64,000 nucleotides of DNA, from the NCBI GenBank assembly GCA_031962025.1, contig JAVRKW010000001.1, one strand, 5' to 3'. This DNA comes from Pseudothermotoga sp. (GTDB taxonomy: Bacteria; Thermotogota; Thermotogae; Thermotogales; DSM-5069). Positions 1 to 10,289 of the stretch are shown in pieces. Below the pieces are notes generated by a model that ran no database searches, was not told the DNA's origin, and saw only the letters and a list, made by a program, of their open reading frames with translations. The position numbers and the translations under genes are program-made. Every line of letters begins with the position of its first letter. The stretch's first letter is position 1.

Positions 1-1074
1 GCTTTACCGACCATAAAGTACGCTGTCGAGAAAAAGGCAAAAGTTATCTTGCTCTCTCATCTTGGCAGACCAAAAGGTGGACCAGACCCAAAATACAGTC
101 TCAAACCAGTTGCAGATCATCTCAGAAAAATTTCTGGTTTGAATGTCTCATTCGTACCACAGCTCATCGGTGAAGAGGTAAAACAGGCTGTTAAGAATAT
201 GATGCCCGGGGACATCTTGGTTCTGGAAAACACCAGGTTTCACCCGGGGGAAGAAAAAAACGATCTGGAACTTGCAAAAGCATGGGCTGAACTTGCAGAT
301 ATCCATGTTAATGATGCTTTTGGCACAGCTCATAGAGCACATTCCTCAAATGTCGGTATAGCCACATTCATACCGAGTGTCGCAGGCTTTTTGATGGAAA
401 AAGAGATTGAATTTCTCAGTAAGGTCACCTATGAGCCTGAACATCCATATGTGGTGGTTCTGGGTGGAGCAAAGGTTTCAGATAAAATAGGAGTCATAAC
501 AAATCTTTTGAACAAAGCAGATAGATTACTCATAGGTGGAGCAATGATGTTCACATTTTTCAAAGCGCAGGGTATACCCGTGGGCTCATCTCTTGTCGAA
601 GATGACAAGTTAGAACTTGCAAGGGAAATTCTCAATCAAGCCCAGCAGAAGAAAGTTCAGATAGTATTGCCAGTCGATGCGGTTATAGCTCAAAAAATGG
701 AAGCTGGTGCACAGACAAAAATCGTTCAGATCAAAGATGGTATACCAGATGGATGGATGGGTCTTGACATAGGACCACAGACGATAAAACTGTTTGAGGA
801 ATCTCTCAAAGATGCCAAAACAGTTGTCTGGAATGGTCCCATGGGTGTTTTTGAAATAGATGACTTTGCAAAAGGAACAAAAGCCGTTGCACAGTTGATA
901 GCAAAAGTCAATGGCACGACCGTCATTGGAGGAGGAGATTCTGCGGCTGCAGTTGCCAAATTCGGTCTTGAGACGGCATATTCACACGTTTCAACAGGTG
1001 GTGGAGCATCGCTCGAATTTCTCGAAGGCAGAGAACTTCCGGGTATTACAAGCATAGCAGATAAAAAAAAATAG
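1..1074 (+). CDS. pgk: Phosphoglycerate kinase (5'-truncated by window edge); N-terminal part of frameshifted PGK-TPI fusion
   Basis: Frame open from base 1 ([26 protein letters not shown]); PGK motifs [43 protein letters not shown]; ends GAT AAA AAA AAA TAG. Confidence 0.97.
   Translation, partial: ALPTIKYAVEKKAKVILLSHLGRPKGGPDPKYSLKPVADHLRKISGLNVSFVPQLIGEEVKQAVKNMMPGDILVLENTRFHPGEEKNDLELAKAWAELADIHVNDAFGTAHRAHSSNVGIATFIPSVAGFLMEKEIEFLSKVTYEPEHPYVVVLGGAKVSDKIGVITNLLNKADRLLIGGAMMFTFFKAQGIPVGSSLVEDDKLELAREILNQAQQKKVQIVLPVDAVIAQKMEAGAQTKIVQIKDGIPDGWMGLDIGPQTIKLFEESLKDAKTVVWNGPMGVFEIDDFAKGTKAVAQLIAKVNGTTVIGGGDSAAAVAKFGLETAYSHVSTGGGASLEFLEGRELPGITSIADKKK
1063..1071 (+). other. A9 slippery site for pgk-to-tpi frameshift (-1 ribosomal shift or +1A transcriptional slippage)
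   Basis: Nine As precede the pgk TAG. The -1 frame is open from 1065 ([14 protein letters not shown]) and closed by TAA at 1062. The same arrangement is known in Thermotoga maritima. Confidence 0.85.
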
Positions 1075-1829
1075 ATAGAATCATCTTAGCCGGTAACTGG
1101 AAAATGAATAAAACCAATGAGCAAGCCAAATTTTTCGTCAACAAACTCGCTCAGGACCTGGCGGGCATGAATTTTAAAATAGTGCTATGCCCGCCTTTTG
1201 TTTGTCTTTCTGACGTTGCAGAAATACTCAAAAAAAGCAATCTGTACCTTGGTGCACAGAATTGTCATTACGAAAAATCTGGTGCTTTCACAGGTGAGAT
1301 TTCTCCTGTAATGTTAAAAGAACTGAATGTTGAGTATGTGATCATCGGTCATTCTGAGCGCCGTCATATCTTTGGTGAGACAGATGAAATAATCAACAAA
1401 AAAATCAGAGCTGTACTCAGCAATGGCATGAAGCCAATTATATGTGTCGGTGAGACTAAGGAAGAAAGAGAAAAAGGATTGACCTTCTGTGTTGTTGAAT
1501 CTCAGATCAGACAAGCTCTTTTTGGCTTGAGCAAAGATGATGTTAAAAAGGTCGTGATAGCCTATGAACCAGTCTGGGCAATTGGAACGGGAATAGTTGC
1601 AAAGCCATACCAAGCACAGCAGGTGCATTTGTTCATACGAAGATTGCTTGAACAGCTCTATGATCAAGAACTTGCTCAACAGATACCCATTCTGTACGGA
1701 GGAAGCATTAAACCCGAAAACTTTCTTGGATTGATGGTTCAGCCAGACATCGATGGCGGTCTGGTGGGTGGAGCAAGTCTTGATGATCAGTTTGTTGAAC
1801 TTGCAAAAATAGTCTCCTGGTTAATATAA
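1065..1829 (+). CDS. tpiA: Triosephosphate isomerase domain, expressed through frameshift from pgk
   Basis: The conserved AGNWKM motif lies upstream of the first ATG (1104) and no RBS is evident; [37 protein letters not shown]. Confidence 0.95.
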   Translation, partial: KKIDRIILAGNWKMNKTNEQAKFFVNKLAQDLAGMNFKIVLCPPFVCLSDVAEILKKSNLYLGAQNCHYEKSGAFTGEISPVMLKELNVEYVIIGHSERRHIFGETDEIINKKIRAVLSNGMKPIICVGETKEEREKGLTFCVVESQIRQALFGLSKDDVKKVVIAYEPVWAIGTGIVAKPYQAQQVHLFIRRLLEQLYDQELAQQIPILYGGSIKPENFLGLMVQPDIDGGLVGGASLDDQFVELAKIVSWLI

Positions 1830-1834
1830 ACGAG

Positions 1835-1860
1835 CAAGCCCCTTAATGGGGCTTGTTTTT
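1835..1860. terminator. Intrinsic terminator between convergent tpiA and comB
   Basis: CAAGCCCC-TTAAT-GGGGCTTG followed by a T-run. Confidence 0.8.
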
Positions 1861-2530
1861 ATTCAATCACAAAACGATTTTTGACAAAGATCGGTGCAAT
1901 GCTGTACAAATCTTTTTGAGCGCAGAATGCGACATCCAGTGAAAATCCATATTCAACAAGCTCCTGTGCGTGCCGCGATTTAAGGAGCAATTTTGAAAGA
2001 TCGCTGTTCTTTGATTGTTCCCATAATTCTTTTGATATTCTCGCTCCATCTGTTAGTTCATTGTTGCTCAATTCATAGACAATTGCGCCTGCACACAGTA
2101 CATCTTCGTACGCAATCTTTCCTTCCTGCCCAGAGCATACAACCGTCACATGCTCATATTTTTTCAATTTCTCAACCACAGCGTGCAAGTTTAAAAAGCA
2201 GGCTGCATACAACCTTTGCGAATTGATCATGGATATAGCTTTCGTGCCGTTCGTTGTTGTCAGAACGATTTCTCTATTTCTTACATTCAGATACTCTCTT
2301 GGTGAATTACCAAGGTCAAACCCTTCTGGCTTCACTCCGCCTCTTTCACCACAGATTAAAGTTTTTTCTGTTTTTCTTCTCTTAGCCTCAGATATAGTTT
2401 TGACAGGTATTACACATTCAGCACCATTTGCAAGTGCTGTAACGATAGTACTTGTTGCTCTCAAAACATCTACAACGACACAGACGTGTTGTTGTGACAC
2501 AGGCTCTGGTAGAAACAAGACATCGATCAA
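1859..2530 (-). CDS. comB: 2-phosphosulfolactate phosphatase family protein
   Basis: VVVDVLRATSTI, GERGG, FDLGNSP, LTTTNGT, EDVLCAG. Confidence 0.9.
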   Translation of the reverse strand: MIDVLFLPEPVSQQHVCVVVDVLRATSTIVTALANGAECVIPVKTISEAKRRKTEKTLICGERGGVKPEGFDLGNSPREYLNVRNREIVLTTTNGTKAISMINSQRLYAACFLNLHAVVEKLKKYEHVTVVCSGQEGKIAYEDVLCAGAIVYELSNNELTDGARISKELWEQSKNSDLSKLLLKSRHAQELVEYGFSLDVAFCAQKDLYSIAPIFVKNRFVIE

Positions 2531-2767
2531 CTATCTCACTCCAAGAAGTTTGTCTATCTTTGCCTTGTCAAAACCAATCACAAGCTGGTTACCTATTTCT
2601 ACAACGGGAACACCGGTCTGACCTGTTCTCCTAACAAGTTTCTCTGCATCCTTCTGGCTTTTTGACACATCAATCTCTGTGAATTTTAAGCCGAGTTCTC
2701 TGAGATAATTCTTCACCTTGACACAATAGGGACAACCCGGTGCGGTGTAAACTGTTATCTTGTACAT
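2531..2767 (-). CDS. Glutaredoxin / NrdH-like redoxin
   Basis: CPYC active site; GQTGVPV, IGFD. Confidence 0.92.
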   Translation of the reverse strand: MYKITVYTAPGCPYCVKVKNYLRELGLKFTEIDVSKSQKDAEKLVRRTGQTGVPVVEIGNQLVIGFDKAKIDKLLGVR

Positions 2768-2817
2768 TCATCCACCTCCGACAAATATTGTACCATTTTT
2801 GTCGGAATTTTCAACAC

Positions 2818-3495
2818 TTATTTTTTTATATCGTCTCTTATGGACTGTATACTGTTTGCATCCAGATAAACGCGTTGATATGTCTTTCCATCAACAACGA
2901 TCTGTATTGGTTTATCGGTGATAGCTTCAGGATAGTAATATCTCAGTGCGTTTCTCTGCAACTCGTACATCAACTTTGCAAGGCTGGCGGGAGTAAAAGT
3001 TGTCTCTGGTTTTAATGCCAATATCCATCGCTTGAAAGACAGATAATCAAAGGCTTTTGGATTTCTGTTCGATAATTTTTTCAGAAGATTTTCGAAATTA
3101 TCTTCCTTCTGACCAACAACTTCCTTTGAGAACTTTGAGAGCTGTTCTTTGCTCACAACGGCGTAATATCTCTTACTCGAGGTTGATTCAATCATCGCTT
3201 CTGCAAAGCTGAAAACCTCTAAGGGATTTTGTACATCCAAAACCCTGTTAGTCAACGGGTTAAAAGAGTACTGTGGAAATCTCAAGATGTATATCATTCT
3301 CTTATTCGTATCAACGCGTACAAAATAAGCTACATTATCATCCTTGCATACAAAAGCAAAATGAACAGTTTCAGCTCTGAATTCTTCTGAGTTCTTAATG
3401 GCATTTGAACTCAGCAAAAACCACAGACTAAAGCCTGTAACGACAATAACAGCTACTAACAAAAACCACAAAAGACCACTTCTTCTTCTTTTCAC
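2818..3495 (-). CDS. Membrane-anchored hypothetical protein, weakly LytR-CpsA-Psr-like
   Basis: Basic N-terminus plus one TM helix; YFVRVDTNKRMIYILRFPQ resembles an LCP beta-strand region; near yqeK. Confidence 0.5.
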   Translation of the reverse strand: MKRRRSGLLWFLLVAVIVVTGFSLWFLLSSNAIKNSEEFRAETVHFAFVCKDDNVAYFVRVDTNKRMIYILRFPQYSFNPLTNRVLDVQNPLEVFSFAEAMIESTSSKRYYAVVSKEQLSKFSKEVVGQKEDNFENLLKKLSNRNPKAFDYLSFKRWILALKPETTFTPASLAKLMYELQRNALRYYYPEAITDKPIQIVVDGKTYQRVYLDANSIQSIRDDIKK

Positions 3496-3510
3496 AGTCT
3501 CACGCCTCCT

Positions 3511-4371
3511 TTATGATCTTTGCCATATTATCTTACCCTTATCAACACAAAACTGTACCAGACTGTTTTTCTTTAGCCAGTTTAGATAAGCCAGCACCGT
3601 CATTCTAAAAAGATAATACATGCCCGTGGAATCAATTTGCAAGTTTTGAATCATTTCACTGATCAGAGTTTCCTCGCTCTTTGGCCTTTCCAAGAAAGTG
3701 TAGATCTTCTGTGCTGTGAATTCTATGTGCGATTTGTTCAAAGAAACAAGATCAGTATCATCAATTGATCCATGTGATGGCACACAGCGATTGAAGCCTT
3801 TAAGCCTTTCAAGTGACTTGAGAGCTGCATCTATATCACTGTAAACAACAATACCTTTCTTTTGTAGAATCTGAGCTCCAAAGATCGCATCAGCAGCAAA
3901 AATCAAACCGTCCAGAGCCAACCCGATCTGACCCGGTGCATGACCTGGTAGTTCTATTATATGTACATCGTTGAAAAAACAATCGCCTTCGAATGTAACA
4001 TCTACCTTTGAAGGTTCTGCCAGGAAGAATTTTGATCTCAGTTCATCAGGAGGGTTTGCCCCGCAATATAAACTCAGCGGCTCAAGAATAGGGAACTCAA
4101 CAAATGGTTTTGTCAAAAGATGTGTGAGAATCTGGACTTGAATCTTTTTTTGCATAAAAGCATTGCCACCTATGTGATCTGCGTGAAAATGCGTGTTAAC
4201 AAGCCATCTCAATCTCAGACCGTTCTCACAGATTATCTTCAAAGCTTTGCGCGCATAAGATTCATCTATACCAGAGTCTATCAGCATGACATCGCTTGAA
4301 AATCTTATCAATCCAAGGTTTGTTCTGTCACTCAGAACACCTAATCTGTCGTTGAACCATATCAGTTCCAA
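3511..4371 (-). CDS. Metallo-beta-lactamase fold hydrolase
   Basis: THFHADHIGG, LPGHAPG, FAADA, PSHG. Confidence 0.9.
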   Translation of the reverse strand: MELIWFNDRLGVLSDRTNLGLIRFSSDVMLIDSGIDESYARKALKIICENGLRLRWLVNTHFHADHIGGNAFMQKKIQVQILTHLLTKPFVEFPILEPLSLYCGANPPDELRSKFFLAEPSKVDVTFEGDCFFNDVHIIELPGHAPGQIGLALDGLIFAADAIFGAQILQKKGIVVYSDIDAALKSLERLKGFNRCVPSHGSIDDTDLVSLNKSHIEFTAQKIYTFLERPKSEETLISEMIQNLQIDSTGMYYLFRMTVLAYLNWLKKNSLVQFCVDKGKIIWQRS

Positions 4372-4952
4372 TCAGAATCTTCCTTCCTCAGTCTTACCAA
4401 CCAGTTCCACATGCTCACAGTTTCAGGTAGGATGAATAAACCTTTTTTGATCGCGTACAGTATTTTGTTCTGCGTTACCAAAAAAAGTGCCTGGTCTAAA
4501 TCCTGCTTTGCAACCTGCCTGAGCCAGTCGACATTGTCGTAGATTCTGTTTTCCTCAAGCGAATCTGACAAAAAAACGATCTTTCCAATATCCGAAAGAT
4601 TCTTTTTGCCACTTGTGTGGTATGCTATGGCTTGTAGAATTTCTCGATCATTCAGGTTAAATCTTCTTTTGACAAATTCCGCTGCCACCTTACCGTGTAA
4701 AAGTATCGGGTTCAACCTTTCAAGTTTTGTGATTCTAATTTTGTATGCAGCAGCCATCTTCAAAAGCACATCTGTTTTTATATCCCTGAAGATATCGTGT
4801 GCAAATCCAGCAATTGCCACACGATCTTCATCTACTCTATAAATTTTTGCAAGTTGCACGGCAAAGTCCACACAAGATTTGACATGCAAAAAACGCTTGT
4901 CGCTGAGCAACAACTTGGAAATTCTGTGTAGTTCCTGAAGAACCTGGTTCAT
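4362..4952 (-). CDS. yqeK: HD-domain Ap4A hydrolase, YqeK family (start refined to ATG 4952)
   Basis: KRFLH, AHD, LLHGKVAA, AIAYHTSG, FLSDSLE. Confidence 0.85.
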   Translation of the reverse strand: MNQVLQELHRISKLLLSDKRFLHVKSCVDFAVQLAKIYRVDEDRVAIAGFAHDIFRDIKTDVLLKMAAAYKIRITKLERLNPILLHGKVAAEFVKRRFNLNDREILQAIAYHTSGKKNLSDIGKIVFLSDSLEENRIYDNVDWLRQVAKQDLDQALFLVTQNKILYAIKKGLFILPETVSMWNWLVRLRKEDSDWN

Positions 4953-4953
4953 C

Positions 4954-5235
4954 TCACCAACCTTCTTTTTCAACCTCAACTATCTCAAGACCGTGAGTAT
5001 TTTCTATCAACGCCGTTAAATCCTCAATCACGGCATCAAGCACATTTTGTGCTGGCGAAACGATCGCAACTCCCAGCTCTGACCATGTTTTTGAGTCATT
5101 GTATCCAGTCTCACATACAGATGCATTGAACTTTGTTCTGATTTCATTGATTAGTTTTTTCAGCAATGAGCGTTTTTCTTTGAGACTGGATATGCCAAAC
5201 AACCTCAGTTTGTAATTCAAAACAGCTACGTGCAT
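4954..5235 (-). CDS. DUF503 / YlxP family protein
   Basis: SLKEKRS, KFNASVCE, ELGVAIVS pattern; 93 aa. Confidence 0.8.
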   Translation of the reverse strand: MHVAVLNYKLRLFGISSLKEKRSLLKKLINEIRTKFNASVCETGYNDSKTWSELGVAIVSPAQNVLDAVIEDLTALIENTHGLEIVEVEKEGW

Positions 5236-5255
5236 TCAAAATCACCTTAAAAATT

Positions 5256-5271
5256 GGGGGGAAATCCCCCC
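5256..5271 (-). terminator. Hairpin after EF-G paralog (terminator or processing site)
   Basis: GGGGGG-ATTT-CCCCCC then AATTTTT on minus strand. Confidence 0.6.
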
Positions 5272-5275
5272 TTTG

Positions 5276-7336
5276 TCATGCATTTTGACTTTCTTGCTTT
5301 CTTTCCTGAATGATCTTTTCCTGAATATTGGCTGGTACCTCTTGATAGCGTACGAACTTCATCGTGAAGTACCCACGACCACTTGTAATACCTGATAGCC
5401 TGCCAGAGAAATCGAGCATTTCTGCCAGAGGAACCTCTGCTTTTACCTTTGACATACCCCTTCCTATTGATTCCATACCCTGTGGTCTACCCCTTCTGCT
5501 TGTTACCTCACCTATGACATCTCCTGCAACTTCGTCTGGACAAAAGATTTCCACTTCCATTATTGGCTCAAGTAGAACCGGTTTTGCATCCTCCATTCCT
5601 TTTCTAAAAGCCTGGATTGCAGCAATCTGGAATGAGATATCAGATGAATCGACTTCGTGATAGGATCCATCGAAAAGCGTAACACGAACATCTACAACCG
5701 GGTATCCTGCAACAGAGCCTCTCTTCATTGCCTCAACTATGCCTTTTTCAACAGAAGGAATGAAATTCTTCGGTATGACTCCACCGAATATTTTGTCAAC
5801 AAACTCAAAACCAGCACCTCTTGGAAGTGGTTCCAGCTCGATCTTGACATGCCCGTACTGTCCATGCCCACCGGTTTGCTTTTTGTGTTTGTATTCAGCA
5901 ACAGCCTTTTTGGAAATCGTTTCCCTGTAAGCGATCTTTGGCTTGCCAACATCTACATCGACGCCAAAGATGCTCTTTAATCTCTCTATCATCACATCCA
6001 GATGGATTGTCCCAAGCCCGGATACAACCGTTTCGCCAGTCTCAGGATCATACTCCCACTTGAAAGTGGGGTCGGTTTCTGCTAAGCGCGACAAACCATT
6101 GCTGATTTTATCTATATCGGCTTTGGATTTTGGATTAACAGATCGTGAGAACATCGGTTCTGGAAATTCAGGGGGTATTATGGTCAGTTTTCGATCTTTA
6201 TGGGTAAATGTTTCACAGACGGAACCTTCCTTGAGTTTTGGTAAGACTACTATATCACCAATTGTGGCTTGGTCTATTTCAATCTGTTCCTTTCCGCGAG
6301 CCAAGTAAATACGACCAAACTTGTCAGAAGTACCTCTATTGGCGTTGAAGTAACCATCCTGTGGTTTTATAGTGCCGGCGATCACCTTTACATAGCTCAC
6401 ACGACCAACAAATGGATCAACGACGGTCTTAAAGTTGTACGCACAGAATGGTTCAGTTTCACTCACATTGATGCTTACTTTTTCCCCGGACTCCAGTTTT
6501 GCTTCGTATGGGGCACTATCTAATGGACTTGCGCCGAGTTTGGTTATGTAATTCATCAAAATATCAACACCGATATTTTTTTCGGCTGAACCACAGAAAA
6601 CAGGAACAACTAAACCTGTCTTATAGGCTTTCAACAGTGCATCGGTCAATTCCTGTGGCTGGATCTGCTGACCTTCCAGGTATTTTTCCATAAGAGAATC
6701 GTCTGATTCAACAATATCTTCGACTGCTTTCAATTTCATTTCCTTGACCTTCTGTAACATTGAAGAAGGTATTGCAGTCTCATTTACCTTGCCGTTTTCG
6801 TACACATAGGCTTTTTCGGCAACAAGATCAACAACACCGTGAAATTCTGATTCACTTCCTATTGGCAAAGCCAACGCAACTATCTTTTTATTGAATGCCG
6901 TTTTAAGAGCACGCAGAGTGTTTTCGAAATCTGCTCTTTCTTTATCCATTTGATTCACAAAAACCATGATAGGTTTGTTCATGCTTTCGGCAATCTGCCA
7001 GGTTCTCTCTGTTTGTATTTCAACACCGGCAACTGCGTTGACCACGCTCAAAACATTTTCACACACAAAAACACTGTTTAAAACATCTGCTATAAAATCA
7101 CCAAAACCTGGAGTGTCAATGACTGTCAATCTGTGGTCGTTCCAGTCAAAAGAAAAAATGTGAGAAGAAATACTCGATCCTTTTGATTCCTCAATGGGAT
7201 CTGTGTCAATTAATTTGGAGCTTATTCGGTCAAAAATTCCAACATCAAAAAGCATCGCCGAAAGAAGAAGTGTCTTTCCACAGCCGTTATGCCCTATCAG
7301 TGCAATGTTTCTTTTTTTATCAACCGGTCTGTTCAT
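5276..7336 (-). CDS. Elongation factor G-like protein (EF-G2 paralog with divergent G-domain)
   Basis: EF-G domains III-V motifs (GLGTIHL, KKQTGGHGQYG, DGSYHEVDSS, LLEPIM); G1 GHNGCGKT, G3 DTPGF, G4 NQMD. Confidence 0.92.
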   Translation of the reverse strand: MNRPVDKKRNIALIGHNGCGKTLLLSAMLFDVGIFDRISSKLIDTDPIEESKGSSISSHIFSFDWNDHRLTVIDTPGFGDFIADVLNSVFVCENVLSVVNAVAGVEIQTERTWQIAESMNKPIMVFVNQMDKERADFENTLRALKTAFNKKIVALALPIGSESEFHGVVDLVAEKAYVYENGKVNETAIPSSMLQKVKEMKLKAVEDIVESDDSLMEKYLEGQQIQPQELTDALLKAYKTGLVVPVFCGSAEKNIGVDILMNYITKLGASPLDSAPYEAKLESGEKVSINVSETEPFCAYNFKTVVDPFVGRVSYVKVIAGTIKPQDGYFNANRGTSDKFGRIYLARGKEQIEIDQATIGDIVVLPKLKEGSVCETFTHKDRKLTIIPPEFPEPMFSRSVNPKSKADIDKISNGLSRLAETDPTFKWEYDPETGETVVSGLGTIHLDVMIERLKSIFGVDVDVGKPKIAYRETISKKAVAEYKHKKQTGGHGQYGHVKIELEPLPRGAGFEFVDKIFGGVIPKNFIPSVEKGIVEAMKRGSVAGYPVVDVRVTLFDGSYHEVDSSDISFQIAAIQAFRKGMEDAKPVLLEPIMEVEIFCPDEVAGDVIGEVTSRRGRPQGMESIGRGMSKVKAEVPLAEMLDFSGRLSGITSGRGYFTMKFVRYQEVPANIQEKIIQERKQESQNA

Positions 7337-7359
7337 CTCTCCACCTCCAACTTCATTTG

Positions 7360-9000
7360 TTATTTTTTCAAAACAAGTAAAGAAACTGGTATTGCTCTTG
7401 TCCAGGCAGCAGGGGTTTTGCTAACCACCTGATCTTTGATGACCATTACCGACGAACTTCCTCCGTCGAAGTTCATGGCAGAATAAAACCCTTTATTCAT
7501 GCAGAATTCAACTAAGTCATCGTAGTTCACACCTCCAGAACCATTTTGATCATTTATCACCGCCAGAACTACTCTGCCATCTGAAAGTGTTGCAAGAAGC
7601 GTTCTTGTAGCATTGCTTCGAGCTATGTTACCACCATACCGGTTCTTCTCATCATTTCTGTCTGGTATTGGTGCACCCGCATATAGAATCAAAGGTCCAG
7701 CCTCAACAGCGTGTTTTATTGGGTATGGAAAATCGGTGTTTATGACATATTCGACCTTATCACCAATCTGTATCCCTTGCAAATATCTCTCGTAGTTGCT
7801 GGATATTGCCAAGATATATCCGTCTTTTGGTGCTTTAGCGGACCAGCCATAGCCACTGACTTTCCCATCCACGACGTTGAAATAGATCATACCATCACGA
7901 CGGGGTATTGTCATGCCAAATTCCGGTGTGAATATCAAGACCTCTCCCTGTGCCACCGTGTTTACACCTTTCACTAAAAAGAGCAACTGCCCGATTTTTA
8001 TGTTCAGATCAAAATACATTCTCGCAATGTACACAGAACCAGATTTTGTCTGTACGAAAACAGGTCTGTTACCATAGGGCATGGACAGTATTTTGCCGTC
8101 AACGATCAACAGACCTATTGGAAGGCCAGTATTCGGATCAAAGTAATTTGCATTAATACCGGCTATAGCACCTGTTCTTGCAACCATCTTCTCGACACTT
8201 TCAAAGGTCCCTATACCACCGCTGCTTATCTGTGGTTTCAATTCCACAAGACTTGGATCGATCCACAGATAATTCACAAGCATATCCTTGCCACCGATCT
8301 TCTCGGTTTTTTGTTCCCACCAGACACCCTCGGCGAGTATTTCTTTACCAGCCTGTGGAAATCTCAAACTCAGATTCACCGAACTCCCATCTACTTTAAC
8401 GGCTACAGACGGCTCGACATCACTTTCGAGGGTGATTTCCAGGGAAGTTACATATTCAGCCTGGCTGATCTTCACAGTGCTTGTTGAAGAAATGTTCGAC
8501 AGACAGGGTGCGAGTTGAATTGAAACCTTTGATTTTTGTGTATTTATCTTCATCATTTCAACAAATGGGAATCCAAGAAAATTGAGTTTTAATTGATTTT
8601 GTGAAAAATCAACTGACGTGAGAATACAGACACTGTCCAGCAAAACCACTTGACCTGTTGCTGTCTGATATTTTTTGACTCCAAGGATTTTCGAGAGAAG
8701 ATCCATATCTATCATCACTTTGTCTTTTGTGTAAATGGCACTTTTAGGGTAAGCATCAAGAAAATCTACAAAGACGGTGCCATCTTTTTCAATGATCGTG
8801 ATCTTTTTGTTGTATATGAAATAAGCTCTACCAGATTTTTCTGAGACAATGAATGAAGCTCCTATTTGATCAATAGATTTGAGTTCGACATATCCGTTAC
8901 TTTCCTGCAGTGTGGCAAAATTGCCGTTTATGCCAATCAGAATTTGAGACAAAGCCAGCGTACTCAGAAGGAGCACGCCAAGAACAGATATGATTCTCAT
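7360..9000 (-). CDS. Secreted phosphodiester glycosidase family protein (NAGPA/DUF2233-like)
   Basis: Signal peptide; AGINANYFD, AGPLIL, RT, AMNFDGGSSS. Confidence 0.8.
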   Translation of the reverse strand: MRIISVLGVLLLSTLALSQILIGINGNFATLQESNGYVELKSIDQIGASFIVSEKSGRAYFIYNKKITIIEKDGTVFVDFLDAYPKSAIYTKDKVMIDMDLLSKILGVKKYQTATGQVVLLDSVCILTSVDFSQNQLKLNFLGFPFVEMMKINTQKSKVSIQLAPCLSNISSTSTVKISQAEYVTSLEITLESDVEPSVAVKVDGSSVNLSLRFPQAGKEILAEGVWWEQKTEKIGGKDMLVNYLWIDPSLVELKPQISSGGIGTFESVEKMVARTGAIAGINANYFDPNTGLPIGLLIVDGKILSMPYGNRPVFVQTKSGSVYIARMYFDLNIKIGQLLFLVKGVNTVAQGEVLIFTPEFGMTIPRRDGMIYFNVVDGKVSGYGWSAKAPKDGYILAISSNYERYLQGIQIGDKVEYVINTDFPYPIKHAVEAGPLILYAGAPIPDRNDEKNRYGGNIARSNATRTLLATLSDGRVVLAVINDQNGSGGVNYDDLVEFCMNKGFYSAMNFDGGSSSVMVIKDQVVSKTPAAWTRAIPVSLLVLKK

Positions 9001-10289
9001 TCGATCACCCCAAGTAAAATCTCACGAGGTTTTACATTTTCATCGACGATTTCGTAGGCATCTTGTATCAATTTTATAGCCAGATCGACATCGCTTTTTT
9101 CAGACACATACATCAGAGCAACCGGTTCATCTTCCTGAATATGATCTCCTATTTTCTTTAGAACTTTTATACCGACACTTGGATCGATGTGATCCTCTTT
9201 TTTTGATCTACCTGCTCCAAGTACTACTGAAGCAATTCCTACAGCTTCTGTGTTTATCTTGCTCACATAACCGGATTTGTTCAGCCTGACCTCTACAACT
9301 TTTTTGCTCACCGGTAATAGATTGTAATTGTCTACAACGGCGGGATTTCCACCCTGTGCTTCAACAAATCTTGCAAATCTTTCGAGGGCTTTTTCAGAAA
9401 AAATTTCATCCATGATCTGTTCTTCAGTCACATTTATATGGACAAGATCGAGTATCTCACGGCATATGCGAACACATAATTTTGTCAGATCTTCTGGTCC
9501 ACGACCTTTAAGGGTATCTATAGCTTCGATTACTTCAAGAGAATTTCCCACCATTCTGCCAAGCGGCTGGTCCATGTCTGACAAAACCGCTTTAGCAAGT
9601 TTTCCAGATCTTTTGAGTATGTCTATCATCAGATATGCAAGTTCTTTGGCTTGATTTATATCTTTCAAAAACGCACCAGATCCTACTTTGACATCGAATA
9701 GTATGGCGTCGGCACCACCTGCGAGCTTCTTGCTGACAATGCTCGAAGCGATCAAAGAAATGTTATCAACTGTAGCTGTCGTATCTCTGAGTGCATAGAT
9801 CTTTTTATCTGCCGGTACAAGATTTCCGGTCTGACTTGCCACAGCAAATCCAATTTTCTTGACGATCTCGAAAAATTCCTTCTTTGTCAATTCCGTTCTC
9901 ATGCCAGGTATCGATTCGAGTTTATCTATGGTTCCACCTGTGTGACCCAGCCCTCTGCCGGACATTTTGGGAATCTTGACTCCAAAACCAGCAACTAACG
10001 GAAGCACAACGAGTGTGGTTTTGTCACCAACACCACCGGTTGAATGCTTATCGACCTTAATACCTTCTATCGATGATAGATCGAGCATCTCACCGGATTT
10101 TGCCATGCTCAAAGTCAGATCATAAGTTTCCCTCTGGTTCATACCTTTCAAGAAGATTGCCATGAGCAAAGCAGCCATTTGATAGTCCGGTATATTTCCA
10201 GAGACATACCCGTTCACGACGAATTCTATTTCCTGTGAAGTGAGTTCCAAACCATCTCTTTTTTTCTTTATGATGTCATACATCCTCAT
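8997..10289 (-). CDS. pdp: Pyrimidine-nucleoside / thymidine phosphorylase
   Basis: DKHSTGGVGDK, KMSGRGLGHTGGTIDKLES, DKKIYALRD, SIVSKK. Confidence 0.95.
   Translation of the reverse strand: MRMYDIIKKKRDGLELTSQEIEFVVNGYVSGNIPDYQMAALLMAIFLKGMNQRETYDLTLSMAKSGEMLDLSSIEGIKVDKHSTGGVGDKTTLVVLPLVAGFGVKIPKMSGRGLGHTGGTIDKLESIPGMRTELTKKEFFEIVKKIGFAVASQTGNLVPADKKIYALRDTTATVDNISLIASSIVSKKLAGGADAILFDVKVGSGAFLKDINQAKELAYLMIDILKRSGKLAKAVLSDMDQPLGRMVGNSLEVIEAIDTLKGRGPEDLTKLCVRICREILDLVHINVTEEQIMDEIFSEKALERFARFVEAQGGNPAVVDNYNLLPVSKKVVEVRLNKSGYVSKINTEAVGIASVVLGAGRSKKEDHIDPSVGIKVLKKIGDHIQEDEPVALMYVSEKSDVDLAIKLIQDAYEIVDENVKPREILLGVIE

Noticed and set aside
8529..8543. TTGAT followed by TTTTGTGTAT, a TAM plus partial guide match inside the phosphodiester glycosidase gene
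   Set aside because: Only 6 contiguous seed matches in low-complexity sequence; expected by chance
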